Origin: Terrabacter aerolatus
Lineage (GTDB): Bacteria; Actinomycetota; Actinomycetes; Actinomycetales; Dermatophilaceae
Assembly: GCF_007991735.1 (NCBI RefSeq)
Contig: NZ_BJYX01000024.1
Span: 7,727-47,726, forward strand
Length of the DNA stretch: 40,000 nucleotides
Reading direction: 5' to 3'
Within the stretch, counting starts at the first letter, position 1, and each line of letters starts with the position of its first letter. Shown here piece after piece: positions 19,518 to 26,697 of this stretch. The notes beneath the pieces were generated by a model. It was not told where the DNA came from. It made no database searches and saw nothing but the letters and a program-made list of their open reading frames with translations. Made by a program: the position numbers and the translations under genes.

Positions 19518-19535
19518 TAGGACACGGATGTCCTA
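19518..19535 (-). other. small hairpin overlapping the stop codon of the dpdB-like gene
   Basis: TAGGACA-cgga-TGTCCTA: a perfect 7-bp inverted repeat with a 4-nt loop, covering the TAG stop (19533-19535). It lies at the only intergenic gap of the operon. Confidence 0.3.
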
Positions 19536-20636
19536 CCTCAGCGCCTGTAGGAGGAAGTTGGTCAGGAGTCGGATGTCGCTGGGTGTGTTTTGGAGGCCGT
19601 TCCACCGGCGCACGTCGTCCGCAGCGAACTGCCAGGTGCCAGTGGTCCAAGCGCAGTGTGGGACCAGGCGAGCAAGCCTGCCCTCCAGATCGAGAGCATC
19701 CAGTTCGGTCTCGTCGTACCCCTCAGTCATAGCATCCATGACGTACCCCAGAGACTGAACTCCGACGCCATGGGTGAGGCGGGACTTGCGGGGTTCGGCC
19801 TGCCACGCGTCGTAGAACGTGGATTGCACAGCACTCCAGAAGCGGTCCAGATGCCCGACGATCTTGTCAACGTTCCCGGATCCGTCGTCAGGGTTCCGGT
19901 ATTGGTATAGAGCGCCGTCGGAGAGGCTGTTCTCGATCATCCTGAGGACGCTGTTGTCCTTAATCTCTCCGTCAGGTTGGGTGGGCGTCGAGATTCGACT
20001 GGCAAAGGGGTGCCCAACTTGCTTGCGAGGGCCAGAATTTAGCCGCGTCATGATCTGCGCGGGTAATTGCTTTCGCGCATACGCAGGCGGCAGGTGGCCC
20101 GTAGTATTTGGCAGCAGTTCGTGGATCAATCCCTTGGGAAGTGGCTTGGTGTTATTGACCAGGATGAATTGCGACCGCTGCTCTTCTTCGCCGTCGGCGA
20201 TGAATCCAACCGCCGCGAGAGGAAATTCTGCCAGGTCGGCATCGCGAATGGCTGCGCTGCGCTGCTGTCCATCGACGAGCCACGCTGGGCGTGATTCCTC
20301 GGACGCTGCCTCGTCGACCGGAATTATGAGTTCGCCCACGGTCGCATAATCAACGGCCGACTCATGGCTAATTTCGAAGCGGACTCTGGCGTCAAAGGCA
20401 AATACCACGGCGTTAGGAAGCAGGGCCCCGTCGGATTCAAGATAGCGTCGAATCGCCCGAATATGGCTGATCACCTCGGGACGCTGATAGCCCTTGAGGT
20501 CGGCTTCATCGCGATGGACCCGCGACACCGTAGCGAAGTCATGAATGCGCTTCCCGTCCACGCCAAATGAGTAGATATGCTTCCGGCCCTGTCGAATCCG
20601 CAGGGCAGGAAGGCGCAAATCGTATCGGTCAGCCAT
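19533..20636 (-). CDS. dpdB: DGQHR-domain ParB/DndB-like protein (DpdB-like)
   Basis: 367 aa. GYQRP...WLVDGQQRS motifs of the DGQHR / ParB-like nuclease superfamily. Its ATG overlaps the dpdA-like stop by 8 nt, with GGAGGA upstream. Confidence 0.8.
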   Translation of the reverse strand: MADRYDLRLPALRIRQGRKHIYSFGVDGKRIHDFATVSRVHRDEADLKGYQRPEVISHIRAIRRYLESDGALLPNAVVFAFDARVRFEISHESAVDYATVGELIIPVDEAASEESRPAWLVDGQQRSAAIRDADLAEFPLAAVGFIADGEEEQRSQFILVNNTKPLPKGLIHELLPNTTGHLPPAYARKQLPAQIMTRLNSGPRKQVGHPFASRISTPTQPDGEIKDNSVLRMIENSLSDGALYQYRNPDDGSGNVDKIVGHLDRFWSAVQSTFYDAWQAEPRKSRLTHGVGVQSLGYVMDAMTEGYDETELDALDLEGRLARLVPHCAWTTGTWQFAADDVRRWNGLQNTPSDIRLLTNFLLQALR

Positions 20637-21867
20637 GGGATTCCTCCGCTAAGTCCTCGTGGGCAAGTCGATGCATCTTATCGGCGAGCACCGACAGGTT
20701 GTGAAACCCGCGCCTCTTGTTGCGTTCGGTGCCTCGAAATATGGCTACCTCGATGCCAAGCTTCTGACAGACAGAGCATGAGCATGCGGTCCAGGGGGCA
20801 GCGCGAAGAGTCCGTTCATATTGAGCGCGATAGGTCTTCTTGCTCTGGCAGAGTCGCTCGTAAGAAGACAGGGCCTCCAAGGCCTCCTGCAGGCGCGTCT
20901 CTGAACCGTCGAACGCCCGCAGCGAGCGTAGGCATTCGCGTTCGCCCTTGAGGGCGTCACTTTGGGACACCCGTCCGGCAAGAATCGCGCGCCGGAGCGT
21001 CGGGTTGCCGTCCACTTGGGGGACTCTCAGTGCCACGAATGCCTCGTCGCGAGTGTGATAATTGAGGCGGTCATCCATGAAAGCTTGCCGAAACGCGGAA
21101 GTGCTATCAAAGCTGGTTACGCCGAGTTCCGCAAAGCGTGCCATCGACTCAACCCGGGTGATTCCAAGCAGGTGAAGTTCGCATTCGGGCTTGCGCACCG
21201 CTTCGATCGCTTCGAGGCATGCGAGTATCTCCCGCGTCTTGAGCGGCACCATGCCGCCGAGCGCAATACGGCGAAATCCGAATTCCTGAAGGTTTCTCAC
21301 GCTGTCCGCATAACTAGCAGGGCTCCACCCTTGAGCCGCGCCGACAGGTTCGATATCTGCTCCGCGCTCCGCGACCCGGGTGATGAACTCTTCTGCAAGT
21401 CGCAGGGTCAAACGTCGGCGCTCGGCCCAGGCGGGGTCTACTGTTGAAAAATCCGCGGCAGGTTGGTAGCCGAAGATGATGTGGTCCACGCTTACTCCGG
21501 CATCAAAGCCGCATCCTTCGTAGAAATCGAGAGTCTCGTCCACGGTGACAGGAGGAACAGGTTCGCTGGCGTAATTGAACGCACCGTTGTCACCCAGAGT
21601 TTTAACCTCACTAGGAAGGCGAAAAAACTTCTTCAAGCCCAGGCGGTAAAGGCGTGCTCTCTGGGCTGCTGTGTACTTGCCCGCGCCCTTAATCGAACCG
21701 TCCACTATGGATTTGCTTACGAGGATTCCGTCGTAAGGTGCCCGAGCAAGGACTTCATGGGCGTATCGATCGTCACGCTGTCGAATTCGGTGGGCAGCGT
21801 ATTCGTCGTGCAGGAAGTCGTACGTGGGGCTGACCAGGTCCTGGCTGTCGGGGAAGAAGAACTTCAC
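20629..21867 (-). CDS. dpdA: tRNA-guanine transglycosylase-family paralogue (DpdA-like DNA 7-deazaguanine transglycosylase)
   Basis: 412 aa. TGT-like elements: LGDNGAF, RIALGGMVPL (compare TGT AIGGL), GVTSFDSTSAF (compare TGT FD[CS]), and the zinc site CSCSVC...RGFHNL (CxCxxC...H). GTG start overlaps the upstream stop (GTGA at 21864-21867). Context is two DGQHR genes, not tRNA-modification genes. Confidence 0.85.
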   Translation of the reverse strand: MKFFFPDSQDLVSPTYDFLHDEYAAHRIRQRDDRYAHEVLARAPYDGILVSKSIVDGSIKGAGKYTAAQRARLYRLGLKKFFRLPSEVKTLGDNGAFNYASEPVPPVTVDETLDFYEGCGFDAGVSVDHIIFGYQPAADFSTVDPAWAERRRLTLRLAEEFITRVAERGADIEPVGAAQGWSPASYADSVRNLQEFGFRRIALGGMVPLKTREILACLEAIEAVRKPECELHLLGITRVESMARFAELGVTSFDSTSAFRQAFMDDRLNYHTRDEAFVALRVPQVDGNPTLRRAILAGRVSQSDALKGERECLRSLRAFDGSETRLQEALEALSSYERLCQSKKTYRAQYERTLRAAPWTACSCSVCQKLGIEVAIFRGTERNKRRGFHNLSVLADKMHRLAHEDLAEESHG

Positions 21868-23000
21868 TTGCGATGGGTCCGTTCCGCTAGATAGGTGCGG
21901 ATGAGGAAGTTTGACAAGGCGCTGATGTGCCGGGGCGTGTTTTGCAAGTCATTCCATGCGAGTCCAAGTGCGTCCCAGGAACCCCCTGTCCAAGCGCAGT
22001 GAATAGCGATGAGCCTGAGTTCCGTTGCAGCTGCCGCTCTAGCTTTCGGATCGTCGTCGCGCACGTGTGTCATGACGCGGTCCATGAGTCGTCCCATAGC
22101 GCGAATGCCAACGCCATGCATCAGACGACTCTCAGTCGCAGGTTTACCCCATGCGTCATGGAAGACATCGTGGACTGCTCCCCAATATGCGATGAGCAGA
22201 CGCCGGATGCCTTCCGTATCGGTCGTGCCAGTCGCGATGTTGCGATATGGGAAAAGGACGCCAGAAGGAGACTCGATGGACTCGCGGACGGCCTCGATCA
22301 GGCTTGTGTCTGTGACAAAGGTCGACCTTTTGGCGTCGGGGTCCGTCGAAGCGCGCCGAATGATTCCCCGGAACGGCGACTCCGGATCTTGATTGAGCAT
22401 GTCCACAAGCGCAGATGGCAACTGCCGTGTTGCCATACGGCCCGAAGGGACGCGAGTGATCTCAGGTAGCAGTTCGGTCACCAGTCCGGAGGGAAGCGGT
22501 TGAACCGTGTTCACCCTCAAGAACTGTTCGCGTTGTAGTTCAAGGGTGGGCGCAACGAATCCAGCGACAGGCACTGGCAGGCGCCGGTTCTTCGTGCGAG
22601 ACAACGCGAGGCTTCGCTGTTGGCCGTCTACGATCCACGCTGGTCGAGGACCATCGCTATCTCTACTGATCGGAATCTCCAATGTTCCGGAGACTGCCAG
22701 GCCGTCGCTCGTCGAGGGTCCACGACTCGACCTCCAGCGAACCTCCTGCGGGAGGGCGAGGATCAGGCCGTTGGGAAACAGTGGGGCCTCGGAGTCGAGG
22801 TACTCCTGAATCTGCTTGACGTGCTTCTTCTTCTCCGGCCTCTGGTAGCCAATCAGCTTGCCGGCCTCATCGCGGCTGATGCGTGCGACGTCGGCAACAA
22901 GGTCGACTTCCTCAGCGGCGAGTGTGAACAGGTAGAGGGGGGTGTCATCACTTTGGAGCACCTTCAGTGCTCGCCGTTCCAGCCATTCAATGCCGCTCAT
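21864..23000 (-). CDS. second DGQHR-domain ParB/DndB-like protein (full-length paralogue of the DpdB-like gene)
   Basis: GYQRP...WIVDGQQRS. It aligns over its whole length with the 19533..20636 product, for example QFLRVNTVQPLPSGLVTELLP vs QFILVNNTKPLPKGLIHELLP, and CAWTGGSW...LQNTPRHISALSNFL vs CAWTTGTW...LQNTPSDIRLLTNFL. I prefer the ATG at 23000 (MSGIEWL) because of its ATGA overlap with the upstream stop; the track start at 23048 would overlap by 52 nt. Confidence 0.8.
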   Translation of the reverse strand: MSGIEWLERRALKVLQSDDTPLYLFTLAAEEVDLVADVARISRDEAGKLIGYQRPEKKKHVKQIQEYLDSEAPLFPNGLILALPQEVRWRSSRGPSTSDGLAVSGTLEIPISRDSDGPRPAWIVDGQQRSLALSRTKNRRLPVPVAGFVAPTLELQREQFLRVNTVQPLPSGLVTELLPEITRVPSGRMATRQLPSALVDMLNQDPESPFRGIIRRASTDPDAKRSTFVTDTSLIEAVRESIESPSGVLFPYRNIATGTTDTEGIRRLLIAYWGAVHDVFHDAWGKPATESRLMHGVGIRAMGRLMDRVMTHVRDDDPKARAAAATELRLIAIHCAWTGGSWDALGLAWNDLQNTPRHISALSNFLIRTYLAERTHRK

Positions 23001-23866
23001 GAGGTGAGGGCCTCCTCGAATAGTCGCGTGAACCGGCGCTGCTCGCACGCTATGCCGGAGTTGCGCAGATTCCTTAAAGCAACTGTCTTGGGCAACTTCG
23101 GATTCAGTCCTCGCATCTGGTCGATCATTTGCTTGATGGCGTGATCAGAGACGGGCTTGCGGTCGTAGCGTTCCTGCTGCTGAGCGCCCAGGGCCCAGGT
23201 AGCCCAGTTGCGGTGGACCTCGGGTGCGGCTGGCATCTTGCCATCGGCGATCTCTAACCAACGGATCGCCATGCGTGCGTTCAAACTCGTGATCGTGCCG
23301 CCGAGTGCTCCTCGGAGGTTCCGATCCGATCGGATCCGGAGACTCGCCGGCGTGTCCGACGCCCCGCCGAAGACAACCGTCGATTGAGGATCGAGCGCTT
23401 GGAGGTCGTCCGTCATGGCCCGCGCGTACGACTCCGACAAGACCCATATAGAAGGGGCGTCGGCTCGAGGGCCAGCGGCGTGGGCGAGTTGCTTCCACCA
23501 AACGCTCGCATCAGGAGTGGCCTGCACCACGGAGTCACGGTGGCCGGTGGCGAACGTTGCTGCATAGGGCGGCGCGACGTCATCGACCGGGCGCAGGCCC
23601 AAGCCCGCAGACGCGACGAAGACCTCCGGTTGGAATCCAGTGCTCCGAGCGGTAGCGGCCAGTCGCTTGGCTTGAGTCCAACTCTCCCCCGCGTAGAGGT
23701 CGAGCAGACGCGTCGTCGGCCTTGTCGCACGGAGGCGGCCCACCCAGTCATCGGCGCGTTCCTTGACGGTGCCGGTTGGTAGCGTACGGGCCATCAGGTC
23801 GTGGTGCGGAGCACCCGTCTTGCGGTCGGTACAGGTGACCACGATCGTCAGTTTTTGGCGCGCCAT
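22997..23866 (-). CDS. dpdC: DpdC-like candidate (first gene of the operon)
   Basis: 289 aa. N-terminal TIVVTCTDRK...LYAGESW...VFVASAGLGLRPVDDVAPPYAATF resembles the DUF6884-type layout (C-[ST]-x-x-K, LY, SA-x-x-GL, PY) by eye. It is the remaining modification-module gene next to the dpdA/B-like genes. Assignment is tentative. Confidence 0.5.
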   Translation of the reverse strand: MARQKLTIVVTCTDRKTGAPHHDLMARTLPTGTVKERADDWVGRLRATRPTTRLLDLYAGESWTQAKRLAATARSTGFQPEVFVASAGLGLRPVDDVAPPYAATFATGHRDSVVQATPDASVWWKQLAHAAGPRADAPSIWVLSESYARAMTDDLQALDPQSTVVFGGASDTPASLRIRSDRNLRGALGGTITSLNARMAIRWLEIADGKMPAAPEVHRNWATWALGAQQQERYDRKPVSDHAIKQMIDQMRGLNPKLPKTVALRNLRNSGIACEQRRFTRLFEEALTS

Positions 23867-23967
23867 GACCCCTCGGATACAAAACTACGGCTTGGTTGTC
23901 GGTACTCTAGCGTGTAGTTTCGTCGGACGGTGCGCGTACGCACAGCCGGTATCGAGAGGTGGATGTT
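23867..23967. promoter_or_regulatory. divergent control region between the dpd operon and the preQ0 operon
   Basis: About 100-bp, comparatively A/T-rich spacer between divergent start codons. It contains the inverted repeat AAACTAC (23882-23888) / GTAGTTT (23914-23920) and GTGCG-cgta-CGCAC (23930-23943). GAGAGGTGG lies 6 nt upstream of the queC ATG. Promoters themselves are not identified. Confidence 0.4.
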
Positions 23968-24666
23968 ATGGGCCGCAAGGCAGTAGTGCTGCTCAGCGGG
24001 GGGCTGGACTCAACGACGGTCCTCGCGGTCGCGAAGGATCAGGGGTTCGAGCCGTACGCAATCAGCTTCCGCTACGGCCAACGGCATGTCGTTGAGCTCG
24101 AGGCAGCGCGCCGGGTGGCGCAGGCCGCCGGGGTGGAACGCCACGTCGTGTGCGACATCGACCTGCGAATATTCGGAGGGTCGGCGCTCACGGCCGACGT
24201 CGACGTGCCGAAGCATCAGTCGGCGGAGGAGTTGTCAGAGGACGACATCCCCATCACCTACGTCCCGGCACGCAACACCGTCTTCCTCTCCCTCGCACTG
24301 GCGTACGCGGAGGTCGTCGGCGCGACCGACATCTTCATCGGTGTGAATGCCCTCGACTACTCCGGATACCCCGACTGTCGGCCCGAGTACATAGTTTCGT
24401 ACGAACGCATGGCCAACCTGGCCACTCGCGCCGGTGTCGAAGGCAATGAACTGAAAATCCACACTCCCCTGATCAGCCTCACCAAGGCTGAAACCGTTGA
24501 GTTGGGAACGCGCCTGAGGGTCGACTACTCCCTGACCCTGTCGTGCTACGACCCCGATGACCAGGGGCGGGCGTGCGGTCACTGCGACTCATGTTTGTTG
24601 CGCTTGCGCGGCTTCGCTGACGCCGGACTCGTTGACCCGGTCATTTATCAGGAGGCGACTGCGTGA
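23968..24666 (+). CDS. queC: 7-cyano-7-deazaguanine (preQ0) synthase QueC
   Basis: N-terminal PP-loop [14 protein letters not shown] and C-terminal Cys cluster CY...[10 protein letters not shown]. The ATG at 23968 is preferred over the track's GTG at 23959 because of RBS spacing. Confidence 0.9.
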   Translation: MGRKAVVLLSGGLDSTTVLAVAKDQGFEPYAISFRYGQRHVVELEAARRVAQAAGVERHVVCDIDLRIFGGSALTADVDVPKHQSAEELSEDDIPITYVPARNTVFLSLALAYAEVVGATDIFIGVNALDYSGYPDCRPEYIVSYERMANLATRAGVEGNELKIHTPLISLTKAETVELGTRLRVDYSLTLSCYDPDDQGRACGHCDSCLLRLRGFADAGLVDPVIYQEATA

Positions 24667-25298
24667 GTTACAAGATCAAGGAAATCTTCTACACCCTTCA
24701 AGGCGAGGGCACGCATGCCGGCCGCCCCGCCGTCTTCTGTCGCTTCACGTCCTGCAATCTGTGGACAGGCCGTGAAGCCGATCGTGAGAGAGCGATCTGC
24801 AAGTTCTGCGACACCGACTTTGTTGGCACGGACGGCGAAGGGGGCGGCAAGTTTCATGACGCCGAGGCGTTGGCGACCGCAGTGGCGTCTAAATGGCCGG
24901 TGAACGGCGGAGGGCGACCGATGGTTGTGTGCACGGGCGGCGAACCCTTACTGCAGCTGGATGCCGACGCCGTGGATGCCCTCCATGCACGTGGCTTCTA
25001 TGTTGCAGTCGAGACGAACGGGACTGTCACGCCGCCCCCCGGTATCGACTGGCTCTGCGTGAGCCCCAAGATCGGGTCCGAACTACTCGTCACGAAGGGC
25101 CACGAGCTCAAATTTGTCGTCCCTCAGGGCGGCGTCGATCCGACCACGTTCGAAGACCTCGAGTTCGAGAGTTACCGAGTGCAGCCGATGGATGGCCCGG
25201 ATGTGGCGGCGAACACCGAACTGGCCGTGCAGTTTTGCCTCGACCACCCGCTATGGCAGCTCAGTCTGCAGACGCACAAGCAGCTAGGAATACCGTGA
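24663..25298 (+). CDS. queE: 7-carboxy-7-deazaguanine synthase QueE (radical SAM)
   Basis: [16 protein letters not shown]...[29 protein letters not shown] carries the Cx14CxxC cluster variant known from Burkholderia-type QueE. GTGA overlap with the queC stop. Confidence 0.9.
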   Translation: MSYKIKEIFYTLQGEGTHAGRPAVFCRFTSCNLWTGREADRERAICKFCDTDFVGTDGEGGGKFHDAEALATAVASKWPVNGGGRPMVVCTGGEPLLQLDADAVDALHARGFYVAVETNGTVTPPPGIDWLCVSPKIGSELLVTKGHELKFVVPQGGVDPTTFEDLEFESYRVQPMDGPDVAANTELAVQFCLDHPLWQLSLQTHKQLGIP

Positions 25299-25663
25299 CC
25301 CACAACAGTGAGATCTATAGGGAGTTTACGTTTGAGGCGGCTCACAGGTTGCCGAACGTGCCCGAGGGCCACAAGTGTGCACGCCTGCACGGACACTCGT
25401 ACCTAGCGGCGGTCCACGTCGCTGGTCCCGTCGGCGAGGAGACGGGGTGGGTGCAGGACTTCGGCGAGATTAAGGCGGCATTCAAGCCCCTCGAGGAGCA
25501 ACTTGATCATCACTTCCTCAATGAGGTCCGGGGCCTCGAGAACCCGACGAGCGAGGTGCTTGCCAAGTGGATCTGGGATCGCCTCGTAGTGGCTCTTCCG
25601 AACTTGACCGAGGTGAGGGTGCGCGAGACGTGCACCTCGGGTTGCATTTACCGAGGAGAGTAG
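25295..25663 (+). CDS. queD: 6-carboxy-5,6,7,8-tetrahydropterin synthase QueD
   Basis: [27 protein letters not shown]...LDHHFLNEV is the PTPS/QueD His/Cys signature. The track ORF (from 24893) overlaps queE in another frame. The real start is the GTG at 25295, overlapping the queE TGA (GTGA). Confidence 0.9.
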   Translation: MTHNSEIYREFTFEAAHRLPNVPEGHKCARLHGHSYLAAVHVAGPVGEETGWVQDFGEIKAAFKPLEEQLDHHFLNEVRGLENPTSEVLAKWIWDRLVVALPNLTEVRVRETCTSGCIYRGE

Positions 25664-25667
25664 AAAC

Positions 25668-26453
25668 GTGGCGCTGCCAGACATTCAGGACCAGGTTGAC
25701 GAGCGAGGAATCTCCCTCGACAACGTCGGCATTGACGGAGTCCGGATGCCAAGCACGTTCTCAGACGGGGTGACCACCCAGGCTGGAGTGGCGTCGTTTG
25801 AAGTAGTGGTGCAACTGCCCGAGGACCGGCGCGGCACCCACATGAGTCGCATGGTCGAGCTCGTACACGAGCACCTAGAGGTCATCGACCCGCGCGAGTT
25901 GCCCACAGTCCTGAAGCAGGCAGCCTCCCGCCTTGACGTTGGTGTGGCCACCATCGGCATTGGTCTGCCGTTCGCGACGCGCGTGTTGTCACCCGTGTCC
26001 GGGCGAGAGGCCTGGCAACCGAGTGACTTGCGTTTGCGGGCAACGCTGCGTGGGGACGTTTTCGAACTCGTAACATCTGTTACTAGCGAAGTGACCAGCC
26101 TGTGCCCATGTAGTAAGGCGATCAGCGATTACGGCGCACACAATCAACGCAGCGTTGTAACCGTGGATGTGCACGGACACGACGACTGTCCGTACCCCGT
26201 TTCGGTCGCCCGTCTGGTGGAACTGATTCGCCTGACGGGTTCTTGCCCCGTCTTTCCGATCGTGAAGCGACCGGACGAGCGCTCTATCACCATGACGGCC
26301 TTCGAGCACGCCGCATTTGTAGAGGACATGGCGCGCGACCTCTCTGGGCTGCTAAGGAAGCAGCGAGTGCGTCATAGCGTCCGAGTGCGGAATCTGGAGA
26401 GCATTCACAGTCACGATGCCATCGCCTCGTTGTCGTGGCGCCCCGAAGGGTAG
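25668..26453 (+). CDS. folE2: GTP cyclohydrolase I type 2 (FolE2 / GCYH-IB)
   Basis: 261 aa. LPDIQD...GISLDNVGIDGVRMP N-terminus, RRGTHMSR and SLCPCSK motifs typical of the FolE2/MptA family. Starts 4 nt after the queD stop. Confidence 0.85.
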   Translation: MALPDIQDQVDERGISLDNVGIDGVRMPSTFSDGVTTQAGVASFEVVVQLPEDRRGTHMSRMVELVHEHLEVIDPRELPTVLKQAASRLDVGVATIGIGLPFATRVLSPVSGREAWQPSDLRLRATLRGDVFELVTSVTSEVTSLCPCSKAISDYGAHNQRSVVTVDVHGHDDCPYPVSVARLVELIRLTGSCPVFPIVKRPDERSITMTAFEHAAFVEDMARDLSGLLRKQRVRHSVRVRNLESIHSHDAIASLSWRPEG

Positions 26454-26568
26454 AACCGTTCGCTCATCAAACTGAGACAAAGTTCGCCGGTCAGGGCTTC
26501 AACATGAACTGACTGTCGGCGTCTTATGTCATCATCTCTAGTGGGTCAAGAGGCGCGACCGTTACCCA

Positions 26569-26616
26569 CCTTGGAGGGGTCGCCCGGCAACCGGTCCGCC
26601 CCGGTGCCGTCCAAGG
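26569..26616 (+). other. GC-rich extended hairpin downstream of folE2 (terminator or leader structure)
   Basis: Outer stem CCTTGGA (26569-26575) / TCCAAGG (26610-26616). Inner stem GGC(a)ACCGG / CCGGTGCC around a 6-nt loop. A second small hairpin CCGGC-cgc-GCCGG follows at 26622-26634. No U-tract. Confidence 0.3.
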
Positions 26617-26697
26617 AAGACCCGGCCGCGCCGGCATCCGTCGGTCTGGCCAGAGCGGGCCTCGGTTCAGGGGCTCCTTGGACCGAAAGGGCTGCCG

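Noticed and set aside
23867-23967. Possible preQ1-class riboswitch upstream of queC (the AAAACUAC stretch resembles the A-rich tail of preQ1-I)
   Set aside because: I could not fit the required short P1 hairpin with its conserved loop immediately 5' of the A-rich tail. Part of that region is the dpdC-like start on the other strand. The resemblance is too short to count. An Rfam scan would settle it.
24893-25294. Upstream extension of the queD ORF (track call 24893..25663)
   Set aside because: It overlaps queE in another frame with an Arg-rich translation. Recognisable QueD sequence starts only at the GTG at 25295, which overlaps the queE stop.
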